Positions 1-8,877 of a DNA stretch of 64,000 bases are shown here, piece after piece. Position 1 is the stretch's first letter; each line of letters opens with the position of its first letter. The DNA is taken from sequence record MT968995.1. One strand, written 5' to 3'. The position numbers were made by a program, and so were the translations under genes. A model generated the notes under the pieces. That model was not told the DNA's origin, did no database searches, and saw nothing but the letters and a program-made list of their open reading frames with translations. This DNA comes from Escherichia phage vB_EcoM_WL-3.

Positions 1-564
1 ATCGGCAGAGGTAGTTTCAACCCCAGAAATATTACCGTTAAAGGTTTCAACTCGAGCAAGGGTATCTTCAATATCAACCTTAGTCAGTGCTGCAATTTCA
101 ACTACATCATCAGCAGTACTAATTCCAAGGGCATTTGCTGCACGAGTTTCACGGATATATTCCAATTTAACCGCAAGTTCTTGACGAGCATCATCTAACT
201 CAACTACTTTCTTGGCGATTTCAATTCGCATTTCAGCATAACCGTCAGCCTTAGTAGTCAACTGCTCAGCTGTTCGACGATATAGTAAACCGAGTTTAGC
301 ATGCATTGTTACATCTTGGCCTTCGAAAAGAAGTTTACGAATTTCACGCTCTTTTGATTCGGCCTGTCGATTCTTTTCGATAACAAGTTCACGAATACGT
401 TTTTCTTCGTTAATAGATTTAACAGAAGCAGTTTTTAGATCTTTAATTTTATCAAGTAGTTTTGCTGCTGCAGCAGTATACTGTTCTTCGACAGATAGAT
501 TTTTAGCCATAGCAGAACCAAGTTTAGTGCGAATAAACTCAACAATTTTCTTCAGTGTGTTCAT
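1..564 (-). CDS. coiled-coil protein, C-terminus cut by window edge; possible PspA/IM30-like
   Basis: ATG at 564 (rc of cat 562-564) preceded by AAGGAAA; open to position 1; translation [28 protein letters not shown]... is heptad-rich and charged. Confidence 0.4.
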   Translation of the reverse strand, partial: MNTLKKIVEFIRTKLGSAMAKNLSVEEQYTAAAAKLLDKIKDLKTASVKSINEEKRIRELVIEKNRQAESKEREIRKLLFEGQDVTMHAKLGLLYRRTAEQLTTKADGYAEMRIEIAKKVVELDDARQELAVKLEYIRETRAANALGISTADDVVEIAALTKVDIEDTLARVETFNGNISGVETTSAD

Positions 565-665
565 AGTATTTCCTTAGGTTAATTGAGATTTAAAATCCGT
601 AGGAGTATAATACTCTATCGTCAAATTATAGGCTCATAATATCTCAATCATGAGCCTGCGTAAAC

Positions 666-929
666 TTATTTCATATTATTGAAATATTCTTCTGCGATTT
701 CGTCGTTATCATGGTAAACTTTAGAAGACAGTTTAACATAACCTTCTGCTGTGAACATATTAATCACAACTTTTACAGTATACCACTGACCGTCTTCATT
801 ACCCATTACTGCGTAAGTTTCAAACATCGGATGATCAGGACCGATAACTTTAATATCATTCACTGTATGACCGAAATCTTCTGAAACGCATTTCATAAAG
901 AAGTTGAACAGTTCGCCGTAATTATCCAT
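666..929 (-). CDS. hypothetical protein (track ORF 666..1049 trimmed to first ATG)
   Basis: Track start at 1049 is TTG; first ATG at 929 (MDNYGELF...) has GGAGAA 6 nt upstream. Confidence 0.4.
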   Translation of the reverse strand: MDNYGELFNFFMKCVSEDFGHTVNDIKVIGPDHPMFETYAVMGNEDGQWYTVKVVINMFTAEGYVKLSSKVYHDNDEIAEEYFNNMK

Positions 930-1124
930 TTCATTCTCCAAGTTGTTTTCTGTATCAGTAGTTGATAGTTGTATAGTACCATGGAAGAACAGAGATGTAA
1001 ACAGTTTTGTGAAAAAATTTTTAGGGAATTCTAGGGCAGGGATGGGCAATTAAAGGATAGGATAATATATTATAAAGGGTATAAACTAAATGATGCCTAG
1101 AGAGGTCCAGAAAGGCCTAGATAC

Positions 1125-1150
1125 CAAAAAGCCCTATCATTTAGATAGGG
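1125..1150 (-). terminator. rho-independent terminator after IPIII-like gene
   Basis: 7-bp stem ccctatc/gataggg with 5-nt loop, followed on minus strand by CUUUUU. Confidence 0.5.
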
Positions 1151-1158
1151 ATTTAAAA

Positions 1159-1722
1159 TTATTTACCTAGTTTAGTTATTATAGCTTCGGCAGCAGCTTT
1201 TAGCTTAGATGCGGTGTTAATACGATTTTTAATTTCAGTATACGCATCGCCAAGAACGTCGAGGCTATCAGAATAAACACTTACACTATTGCGTTCGCTA
1301 TTTGAAATAGAACCTTTAGTTTTGCGGTCAAAATCGGTGTACACGTCTTGAAGATCGCGGGCTGCCTTCTTTGCATCATCCAATGCATCAAGAGCTTTAT
1401 TCAAAGCATTAACGTATTTTTTAGTGTCGAACATATTCTTAGAAATTTTAACAGGTGCGCGTTCAGGAGTAGCTAACACAGATTTAGGAACCTGAGCGCC
1501 AGATGCCAATTTCTTAGAAATTTTGAAAAATGCTTTATTGAATTTATTTTCTTGACTCATTGTAAAAGAACTATTATCGATGTTGTACATTTCAATAGCT
1601 TTAGCTTTCCACTTAAGAAAATCGCCGCGGTCTTTTGGATCCAATTGGAAGAATACTTTAGTAAGTTCTGCTTCAGATGGTAATTTTGCTGCTTCGGTTA
1701 AAAATTCGGCATAGGTTTTCAT
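1159..1722 (-). CDS. internal head protein with capsid targeting signal (IPIII-like)
   Basis: N-terminus MKTYAEFLTE matches the T4 internal-protein targeting signal MKTY.EF..E cleaved by gp21 protease; 187 aa. Confidence 0.55.
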   Translation of the reverse strand: MKTYAEFLTEAAKLPSEAELTKVFFQLDPKDRGDFLKWKAKAIEMYNIDNSSFTMSQENKFNKAFFKISKKLASGAQVPKSVLATPERAPVKISKNMFDTKKYVNALNKALDALDDAKKAARDLQDVYTDFDRKTKGSISNSERNSVSVYSDSLDVLGDAYTEIKNRINTASKLKAAAEAIITKLGK

Positions 1723-1812
1723 TTAAAATCCTTGAAATAATTTATCGGTCGGTTATTAATTATTTATTACTTTGTTATTATCCGTAACAGCATTCTCTAT
1801 GTGATTCAAACT

Positions 1813-1840
1813 AAAAAGCCCCAACCTTTCGGTCGGGGCT
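1813..1840 (-). terminator. rho-independent terminator ending the tRNA/stable-RNA transcript
   Basis: Minus-strand AGCCCCGACC-GAAA-GGTTGGGGCT followed by UUUUU. Confidence 0.7.
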
Positions 1841-2150
1841 AAGCCTTGCGGCAACCTTGTCGGGGTTCCACCTGCTAAGGCAAGTGTTTGTACGAAACGC
1901 CGGGATTCGAACCCGGTTATTAAGTAGTTGACGCTACTCAATATTTTTAAAAGGCCATATCTCGACCATATCCGAACGTTCCGTCAAAAACGCTACTCGG
2001 CTTACGGCAAAGATATTTCCTCGAATCGATAATTCGGTGCGCCGTTTCTGCTGTGATGTAAGAGGGCATCAACAAATCATAAAGATTTATTAACACAATT
2101 CCTTACCCAGGGAACATCAGTCCGACGACTTACCGGTAGCGACCCGGTTT
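1841..2150 (-). ncRNA. putative stable structured RNA(s), comparable to T4 species 1/2 RNAs (rnaC/rnaD)
   Basis: No credible ORF; GC-rich with nested helices; tRNA-like T-arm CCGGGTTCGAATCCCGG on minus strand; motif GAGTAGCGT occurs twice; ends at terminator 1813-1840. Confidence 0.4.
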
Positions 2151-2151
2151 C

Positions 2152-2502
2152 TTAATATTCTTTTAAAGCATCAACCTGTTCACGACGTTTACGCCATAAA
2201 TCAATTGCTTCATACGCAGATTCAGCATTTCGAATTGGACGACATTTATATAAAGACTTGTGATTTTGATATTGTGTAGATAACGGAATTTTATCTAAAA
2301 GGTCTTTACGTTCAAAATATTCGTAACCATCTAAACCAAATGAACGATTTTTGAGAAATTGCCAATGACCATATTCGTTTTCGACATAAACATAATCTGC
2401 ATGCTGATAAAGCAAATTAATTACACGTTCAGAAATAACAGTGTCATTGTGATTAAAATAGAATGTTAAATCATGAACTACTAAATAAACATTACCTTTC
2501 AT
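2152..2502 (-). CDS. hypothetical protein
   Basis: 116-aa ORF with ATG start, between stable-RNA region and tRNA-Arg. Confidence 0.45.
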   Translation of the reverse strand: MKGNVYLVVHDLTFYFNHNDTVISERVINLLYQHADYVYVENEYGHWQFLKNRSFGLDGYEYFERKDLLDKIPLSTQYQNHKSLYKCRPIRNAESAYEAIDLWRKRREQVDALKEY

Positions 2503-2520
2503 ATTTTCCTCACTTATAAT

Positions 2521-2596
2521 TGGTCGAGGCAGTAGGGATCGAACCTACGACCTAGGACTTAGAAGGTCCTTGCTCTTCCTTCTGAGCTATGCCTCG
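2521..2596 (-). tRNA. tRNA-Arg (anticodon UCU)
   Basis: Hand-folded cloverleaf: acceptor CGAGGCA/TGCCTCG, anticodon loop CTTCTAA, T-loop TTCGATC, encoded CCA. Confidence 0.8.
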
Positions 2597-2600
2597 GATT

Positions 2601-2675
2601 TGGCGGACATGATAGGATTCGAACCTATAACCAATCGCTTAACAGGCGATCGCTCTGCCATTGAGCTACACATCC
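2601..2675 (-). tRNA. tRNA-Asn (anticodon GUU)
   Basis: Acceptor GGATGTG/CATGTCC, anticodon stem ATCGC/GCGAT, loop CTGTTAA, T-loop TTCGAAT, CCA. Confidence 0.75.
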
Positions 2676-2679
2676 AAAT

Positions 2680-2766
2680 TGGTGGGGAGTGATGGAGTCG
2701 AACCACCCGAGTCGCAATGACAATGGATTTACAGTCCACACCGCTACCTCTACGGGATAACTCCCC
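2680..2766 (-). tRNA. tRNA-Tyr (anticodon GUA), type II with long variable arm
   Basis: Acceptor GGGGAGT/ACTCCCC, anticodon loop CTGTAAA, 15-nt variable arm, T-loop TTCGACT, CCA; D-arm irregular. Confidence 0.7.
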
Positions 2767-2778
2767 TAATTCTTAATT

Positions 2779-2853
2779 TGGTGGCCCTGGGTGGAATTGA
2801 ACCACCATCTGGCGATTATGAGTCGCTTGCTTGAACCTTCCAGCTACAGGGCC
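2779..2853 (-). tRNA. tRNA with CAU anticodon (Met, or Ile if C34 is modified)
   Basis: Acceptor GGCCCTG/CAGGGCC, anticodon loop CTCATAA, T-loop TTCAATT, CCA. Confidence 0.7.
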
Positions 2854-2861
2854 AAATTTTC

Positions 2862-3347
2862 TTATTTTATGTAATATTTATTTAAAAACTTTCTAGCTTG
2901 AGTATGGCTAACATTTATAGCATTTGCATAATTTTTAATAAAACCTCGTTCATCCATATTAAAACTTTCTAATATTTTTAATCGTCTAGCTATCTCATCT
3001 TGACTTAAAGTACTTGCATTATTTTTAGAAATTTTTTCTAAGGACTGTACTGAGTGTTTTCGACCATTAAAATTAAAATTTTTAGATTTTGGAGGAAATC
3101 TATCATTTAGTCTCGCATCTTTTGTATTTTGATTATTAGTTGCGCAATATATGTTATTTAATGAGTATGGTCCTTTATCACCAAAACGGCACATACAGTA
3201 TTCATGACCCTTTCTTCCACGCTTATCATAATTTCCCGTTGATTTCCACCAATGCAACCACTCATCAAAAGTTAAATTCCATTCAATGTTTCTACGTATA
3301 GCAGAATTCCGCTGAGAAATATATTTTGCATAATCTTCTTTCATCAC
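2862..3347 (-). CDS. free-standing HNH-like endonuclease candidate inside the tRNA cluster (position of T4 segB)
   Basis: 161-aa ORF; block GHEYCMCRFGDKGPYSLNNIYCATNNQN resembles phage His-Me-finger/HNH motifs; no GIY-YIG motif. Confidence 0.45.
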   Translation of the reverse strand: MMKEDYAKYISQRNSAIRRNIEWNLTFDEWLHWWKSTGNYDKRGRKGHEYCMCRFGDKGPYSLNNIYCATNNQNTKDARLNDRFPPKSKNFNFNGRKHSVQSLEKISKNNASTLSQDEIARRLKILESFNMDERGFIKNYANAINVSHTQARKFLNKYYIK

Positions 3348-3391
3348 AAATTTCTCTACTTATTACATACACTAAGCTAAATCAGCAAAAC

Positions 3392-3481
3392 TGGCGGAGG
3401 CGATAGGATTTGAACCTATGAGTCGCCGGAGCGACTGCCGGTTTTCAAGACCGGTGCATTAAACCACTCTGCCACGCCTCC
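3392..3481 (-). tRNA. tRNA-Ser (anticodon UGA), type II
   Basis: Acceptor GGAGGCG/CGCCTCC, anticodon stem CCGGT/ACCGG, loop CTTGAAA, long variable arm, T-loop TTCAAAT, CCA. Confidence 0.8.
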
Positions 3482-3483
3482 AG

Positions 3484-3557
3484 TCTCCATACAAGGATTT
3501 GAACCTTGGACCTCCTGATCCCAAATCAGGCGCTCTACCAAACTGAGCTACACGGAG
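3484..3557 (-). tRNA. tRNA-Pro (anticodon UGG), CCA not encoded
   Basis: Acceptor CTCCGTG/TATGGAG (with GU pairs), anticodon loop TTTGGGA, T-loop TTCAAAT; 2 nt from tRNA-Ser. Confidence 0.75.
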
Positions 3558-3567
3558 TAAATTAAAT

Positions 3568-3641
<74 letters not shown>

Positions 3642-3646
3642 AAATT

Positions 3647-3733
3647 TGGTGCGAGAAGTGGGACTCGAACCCACAAGGAAATCATTCCGCAGCATTTTAA
3701 GTGCTGTGCCTTTACCAATTTGGCCATTCTCGC
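3647..3733 (-). tRNA. tRNA-Leu (anticodon UAA), type II
   Basis: Acceptor GCGAGAA/TTCTCGC, anticodon stem CAGCA/TGCTG, loop CTTAAAA, long variable arm, T-loop TTCGAGT, CCA. Confidence 0.8.
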
Positions 3734-3734
3734 G

Positions 3735-3807
3735 CTGGGAATAAAGGACTCGAACCTTTGCATCCTGGAATCAAAATCCAGTGCCTTACCAACTTGGCTA
3801 ATTCCCA
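3735..3807 (-). tRNA. tRNA-Gln (anticodon UUG), CCA not encoded
   Basis: Acceptor TGGGAAT/ATTCCCA, anticodon stem CTGGA/TCCAG, loop TTTTGAT, T-loop TTCGAGT. Confidence 0.75.
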
Positions 3808-3876
3808 ATTATTAACAAAGGCTCTTAAGCAAGAACCCTTGATGATAGAGGGTATTAATCAGTGCGATATGAGTTA

Positions 3877-3901
3877 ATAATAACAAATAATTCTTAAAGC
3901 A
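3877..3901 (-). promoter_or_regulatory. T4-type middle promoter (MotA box) upstream of tRNA cluster
   Basis: Minus strand aTGCTTTAag, 12 nt, TATTAT; near-identical to element at 63484-63508. Confidence 0.5.
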
Positions 3902-3904
3902 TAT

Positions 3905-4192
3905 TTACCATTTATAATAATACATATTTACGATGCATTCAAGACCCAAAGGATTCTTGAAAATATCATATTCAAGAGGACCTTTTTCTGTTTCAATAAA
4001 GAAATCAAAATTTACTGTATTAAATTTACGTTCTTCCTTCACTAATTTAACTTGAGAAGATGAACGGTCAATGTAAACCTTTTCAACTTCAAAACATGTT
4101 AAAATGCCATAATCATCAATCAAAGCTTTAGCCGCGTCTTGATCATATTTATATCCATTTTCAATGGATGATACTTTCGCATAAAGAATCAT
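3905..4192 (-). CDS. hypothetical protein
   Basis: 95-aa ORF, ATG start, 2 nt from upstream ORF stop. Confidence 0.45.
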   Translation of the reverse strand: MILYAKVSSIENGYKYDQDAAKALIDDYGILTCFEVEKVYIDRSSSQVKLVKEERKFNTVNFDFFIETEKGPLEYDIFKNPLGLECIVNMYYYKW

Positions 4193-4194
4193 TA

Positions 4195-4593
4195 TCAGCC
4201 TTCATCAACAATAGTGTGAGTATTAGCATTTACGATTTGCCACCAATCAAAGCGATTAGAATCCATCGGTTTGTTTTCATTTTCTTTGATAATGTCACGG
4301 AGTTCATCTTCAGAGAATGCTTTAGCGATTAAATCGGTATACCCACCACGTGGATAATAATTATCACCTGCAAACAAAAGGAAATTTACCTTCCCGGAAG
4401 GAACATACGCTTCCTTAGGATACTTGTTTCCTGCGTGGTCAACCACTTCAATATAACGGTAAGGAATATCGGTTCTTTCAACCCATTGCCATGCCGCCGC
4501 AGGGGAATCGAAAGCATCTACACCTAAACGATTATCTTCATCTTTAGACGGATTATTTTCGTAATCCGCATATACATAATATTCAACGTTCAT
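4195..4593 (-). CDS. hypothetical protein
   Basis: 132-aa ORF, ATG start overlapping upstream ORF stop. Confidence 0.5.
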   Translation of the reverse strand: MNVEYYVYADYENNPSKDEDNRLGVDAFDSPAAAWQWVERTDIPYRYIEVVDHAGNKYPKEAYVPSGKVNFLLFAGDNYYPRGGYTDLIAKAFSEDELRDIIKENENKPMDSNRFDWWQIVNANTHTIVDEG

Positions 4594-4778
4594 TATTCAC
4601 CTTTAGAAATTTTATCCATAACAATAGCAATTAAACCAATTAAAAATGCTACTACAAGTGAAAAAACATTTTCTGCCGTAGTCAATAATCCGCATATAAA
4701 TCCAACAAACATTGAAAAACTGAAAGCGGAAGCAGAAATTGCAATAGCAACATTTCGAATTAATTCACAACGTTTCAT
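4593..4778 (-). CDS. small predicted membrane protein
   Basis: 61 aa with two hydrophobic stretches (AIAISASAFSFSMFVGFICGLL, VFSLVVAFLIGLIAIV). Confidence 0.45.
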   Translation of the reverse strand: MKRCELIRNVAIAISASAFSFSMFVGFICGLLTTAENVFSLVVAFLIGLIAIVMDKISKGE

Positions 4779-4806
4779 TTTATTCTCCTCAGTAGTAGAT
4801 AGGGTA

Positions 4807-4836
4807 ATAGTATCACTACCCTATCTAAAAGTAAAC
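4807..4836 (-). promoter_or_regulatory. T4 early-type sigma70 promoter
   Basis: Minus strand GTTTAC, ~17-18 nt, TGaTACTAT; -10 sits in loop of 9-bp inverted repeat gatagggta/taccctatc (4798-4825). Confidence 0.5.
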
Positions 4837-5070
4837 TTATTTTTTACGAAAAATTGATTTATTTTCTGCTGCCCATTTTTCAATAACTGCAGCAGGACCA
4901 GTAACAACAATTTTATCACCGTAATCTTCTGCGGCGAGTTGACCGAAATTATCTAATGCATCACGAAGAACTCCATGAGGCATTTCACCCATTTTATCTT
5001 TCTTGCCAGTGTAAATAAACTCAACTTTTACATCAGCAGTTTCAGCAATAAATTCTTGGTAAGTTTTCAT
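4837..5070 (-). CDS. ipI: internal protein I-like capsid cargo protein with targeting signal
   Basis: Track ORF starts MEIKM; second ATG gives MKTYQEFIAE, the T4 IPI targeting signal as recalled; GGAAA 7 nt upstream. Confidence 0.5.
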   Translation of the reverse strand: MKTYQEFIAETADVKVEFIYTGKKDKMGEMPHGVLRDALDNFGQLAAEDYGDKIVVTGPAAVIEKWAAENKSIFRKK

Positions 5071-5104
5071 TTTGATTTCCATTTGGTTTTGTTTTGATAG
5101 GGTA

Positions 5105-5134
5105 ATAGTATCACAACTAAAACCCTATGTAAAC
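5105..5134 (-). promoter_or_regulatory. T4 early-type sigma70 promoter
   Basis: Minus strand cacaaagttGTTTACA, 17 nt, TGaTACTAT; AT-rich upstream; 7-bp inverted repeat atagggt/accctat spans the -10. Confidence 0.5.
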
Positions 5135-5146
5135 AACTTTGTGAAA

Positions 5147-5404
5147 TTATTTTAAATCTTCTAATCGTTTCTTCATCTTAGAACCATTTTTAGCAATTTC
5201 TCCTGCATCGGAGCATAATGCTAAAAGTGCTTTAACTTTAGTTTGGTCTCCTTTAAAAGATGAAGGATCGACCGCAGCAGCAAGTTCTTTAATACGAGAG
5301 AAAAGACGCTCAGCTTCAGCTAAAGCCATTCCAAGCTTTACTTCCATACCGTGGGAAGATTCAGTGATAGTAGTTTTTGTAGCAAACTCTTTGAAAGTTT
5401 TCAT
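5147..5404 (-). CDS. small protein with internal-protein-like targeting signal
   Basis: N-terminus MKTFKEFATK resembles the MKTY.EF motif; 85 aa. Confidence 0.45.
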   Translation of the reverse strand: MKTFKEFATKTTITESSHGMEVKLGMALAEAERLFSRIKELAAAVDPSSFKGDQTKVKALLALCSDAGEIAKNGSKMKKRLEDLK

Positions 5405-5435
5405 TTTTATTTTCCTAATTAATTTTGATGAGGTA

Positions 5436-5465
5436 ATAGTATCACTACCTCATCAGTATGTAAAC
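5436..5465 (-). promoter_or_regulatory. T4 early-type sigma70 promoter
   Basis: Minus strand cacaaagttGTTTACA, 17 nt, TGaTACTAT; 10-bp inverted repeat tgatgaggta/tacctcatca (5426-5455) brackets the -10. Confidence 0.5.
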
Positions 5466-5477
5466 AACTTTGTGAAA

Positions 5478-6162
<685 letters not shown>

Positions 6163-6163
<1 letters not shown>

Positions 6164-6888
6164 TATAGTACCTTTAGTGTATTTTTAATTTTAGAAAAAA
6201 GTTCTTCAAGAGAACCATCGTTTGTAATTACTAAATCGCCATCACGAATTGGCAATCCAGCTTCTGTAATATGTGTATCATTGGATTTTTGACCAGGACG
6301 AACTACATGAATTACTGTAGCACCCATCGCCCTAGCCGCATCCATTTCATGATCTTGACGGGTATCAGGAACGATATAATAATCATAACCTGAGTTAAAT
6401 TTATCAAGATAATCTAAAGCAAATAATTTTACCCAGTACATGCGGTCGAAGTTATTAACAATCAAATCCGTACCTAGGGCTTGCATCAGACGACGGACTG
6501 ACCATTGATCTTCAATATTATTTATAACGTCAATAATCTTGTTAAATGCTACGGAATTAACTGATTCTTGTCCTTCGTCATCAAAAACAAACACACCTTT
6601 AATTGGGCTTTTACCATTAAGATAGCAAAATGCTTGTTCCATAATCGTGATTACTTCTAATTTAGTTAGATTTAAATTAGTCTCACGATCATAGTCAATT
6701 CCTTCAAACTCTTTACGAGTTAAGCAAGGATAGTCGGTATTTGCTGCAAATACTCCCCATGCATAAGCCAATGCATCCTTAATAGGACCAGCAAGTTGGT
6801 ATTTAACTGCAGAATAATTGCTCATGATAAAATCAGCAGTAGTATCTTTTCCACTACGCTTTACACCGCTTAAAAAGATTAGTTTCAT
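6163..6888 (-). CDS. 1: gp1 deoxynucleoside monophosphate kinase
   Basis: 241 aa; P-loop GVKRSGKDT near N-terminus; synteny 57A-1-3-2-4. Confidence 0.8.
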
Positions 6889-6937
6889 ATGTTTCTCCTC
6901 AAATTTAGTTAAGATTATAACACATGAAACTGAAGCA

Positions 6938-7468
6938 TTAAACTTCCGCTATAATTTTTCCATCTTTTTCTACTTGAAAATACGTATAAGGAATCGTTGC
7001 TGTACATACTAAAGCCGGGTCTGAATCTTCTGTGTAGCTAAATTCTACTTCAGACAGGTCAGAAACCCAAGGCTTATAAAAATTTATTGACATCACGATT
7101 TCAGTTTTGCTATTATCTAAAATGTAAAGCGTAATGTATTCAGGACCTGTTTTTTGGGCAGTATTTTCACCTGTAAGATAGTTGCTAGTTCCTAGCATCC
7201 ATTCATACATTCCTATCCATGACTTAAGTTCTTCATCAACTATAAATCTCACGATGAGTGGATCGTACTCAAATGTAGCACCTGGACGTTGTGCTCGGCC
7301 CAGTCCAAACGGCCCAGTCACGGTATCAGTAACAGGTATTCTAATTCCTGGAATAGGAACTGACTGAGCATTTAAAGTAAAAGCAGATGTAGTATTACTA
7401 TGTGGTATTGATACTACAAAGTTAGTTGTATTTGCTTGGTTAAAAATTTGTTGCAGTGCTTGCGACAT
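6938..7468 (-). CDS. 3: gp3 tail completion / sheath stabiliser
   Basis: Track ORF begins at TTG; in-frame ATG (MSQALQQ) with GAGGAA upstream gives 176 aa, the T4 gp3 length. Confidence 0.75.
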   Translation of the reverse strand: MSQALQQIFNQANTTNFVVSIPHSNTTSAFTLNAQSVPIPGIRIPVTDTVTGPFGLGRAQRPGATFEYDPLIVRFIVDEELKSWIGMYEWMLGTSNYLTGENTAQKTGPEYITLYILDNSKTEIVMSINFYKPWVSDLSEVEFSYTEDSDPALVCTATIPYTYFQVEKDGKIIAEV

Positions 7469-7574
7469 ATATTCCTCATAATGCTTTATAACTGTTGGTG
7501 GTATAATGGGTCTAAGTCCCTTCCATTCAATTCCATTTAGAACAAACAACAGAAAAGAATGGAAGATAATAGAA

Positions 7575-8399
7575 TTAGATATTTGACCAGACTTTGTTTG
7601 CAGAGAAACGTTTTCCTTTTGAAACGAACTGCTGAAGTGGCATTAACACAACGTTCGCCCAGTCTTTCGGGGCGATTTCAACAAGGCTACCCATAATATT
7701 ACCAGGTATATATGCCTTAATCATTTGGTCTGCACCCCTAAATCCTTTCACTTGACTCCAATCAATTTTTAATTTCGTTTTATTAGTAATAGTAGGTGTA
7801 TTTGAATATTGCTTTAAAAGCTCTTCTAGGAATTGCTGGCGAGCTTTAGGTGGAATATAGTGCAAGTTCAATCCGTACATTAAATTATGCTTACCTAAAC
7901 CAAGGTAAATTATCAAAGGAAATTTATCCCAGTAAGGAAGAGTTTCCTTGTGTTTAGCATCATAAGCAAAAGCATATATTCGTCCCGGCTGCGGGCGAAC
8001 AACTTTATGTCCTTTTACTTGCTTAATAGTTTCAGCAAACCACTTTCTGGTTTTATTATTAATTGCTGCGCCTTCATTACGAATTTTATCGCGCAATGTT
8101 TGTCTGAATGAATTTATCATAAGCAGTTGTCTTTCTTGCTTATTGAGTTTATTCATTGGTTTTGATTCAAGCTTTTGAATCTTTTCAGCCGTTTTAATTC
8201 CTGAAGCATATTTTGACATTGCTGAAGTAAACGTAGAGTATTTGATTCCTCTTTCTTCAGCAAATTGCTTTCCGGTCATTCCTTTTGCTTTGGCCTTTTT
8301 ATATTCAAGACCTATCTGAATCCATTTCTTTTCGTTTAATGATTGCTTAACCTTTGGAACTTGGGGAGTGCTTTCATTAATTATTTGAAAAATAGCCAT
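7575..8399 (-). CDS. 2: gp2 DNA end-protector protein
   Basis: 274 aa, synteny between genes 3 and 4. Confidence 0.8.
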   Translation of the reverse strand: MAIFQIINESTPQVPKVKQSLNEKKWIQIGLEYKKAKAKGMTGKQFAEERGIKYSTFTSAMSKYASGIKTAEKIQKLESKPMNKLNKQERQLLMINSFRQTLRDKIRNEGAAINNKTRKWFAETIKQVKGHKVVRPQPGRIYAFAYDAKHKETLPYWDKFPLIIYLGLGKHNLMYGLNLHYIPPKARQQFLEELLKQYSNTPTITNKTKLKIDWSQVKGFRGADQMIKAYIPGNIMGSLVEIAPKDWANVVLMPLQQFVSKGKRFSANKVWSNI

Positions 8400-8851
8400 T
8401 ATGCCCCCTTAAAGCCAAGAGCTCGTAATCCATCTTCTGTTAAAATTCTAAATTTTATTCCACGCTTTTCAGCTAAAGCTTGAGCTGCTTTCCATTTGTC
8501 AGTATTAACGGAATATGTATAAATTTCATTCATAAATCTTTTCTTCGCTGCAGTTGTTAGATGTGCTGGTTTAACTGGTGGTTGTGTTTCTTTTTTAGGT
8601 TTTATTTCAATAAAAAATTCTTGTCCAGAAGAATCTTTCATCCAAATATCCATGAAGTATCTACGTTTTTTCCCTTCTGCATTACAAAAATAAGGAATTA
8701 CTGCTGTTTCACTACCCCATGCAATAATTTCTGGATTTTTATCTAACCATTCAAAAAAGAATTTTTCCCAATTTGATCTATACGTAATTTTTTTAGGGTC
8801 ACCTCTATACTTTGATATATTTTTAGGAACCCATTTTCCAGAATATGCCAT
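8399..8851 (-). CDS. 4: gp4 head completion protein
   Basis: 150 aa; start overlaps gp2 stop; divergent from gene 53. Confidence 0.8.
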   Translation of the reverse strand: MAYSGKWVPKNISKYRGDPKKITYRSNWEKFFFEWLDKNPEIIAWGSETAVIPYFCNAEGKKRRYFMDIWMKDSSGQEFFIEIKPKKETQPPVKPAHLTTAAKKRFMNEIYTYSVNTDKWKAAQALAEKRGIKFRILTEDGLRALGFKGA

Positions 8852-8862
8852 TGGATTCTCCT

Positions 8863-8870
8863 TATAAATA
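8863..8870 (+). promoter_or_regulatory. T4 late promoter TATAAATA for gene 53
   Basis: Exact TATAAATA about 29 nt upstream of gp53 ATG. Confidence 0.6.
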
Positions 8871-8877
8871 GATAATA

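Noticed and set aside
628-657. 8-bp inverted repeat aggctcat/atgagcct after the 666 ORF
   Set aside because: No U tract on the transcribed strand, so not called as a terminator; may be a minor RNA hairpin
1756-1941. 61-aa minus-strand ORF
   Set aside because: Falls inside the GC-rich structured RNA region and spans the terminator hairpin; no ribosome-binding site
6938-7549. Track ORF extents for gp3, gp11, gp20, uvsW.1, gp5.1, HNH and the 666 ORF
   Set aside because: The 5' extensions begin at TTG without a ribosome-binding site; in-frame ATG starts reproduce T4 protein lengths exactly, so the trimmed coordinates were used
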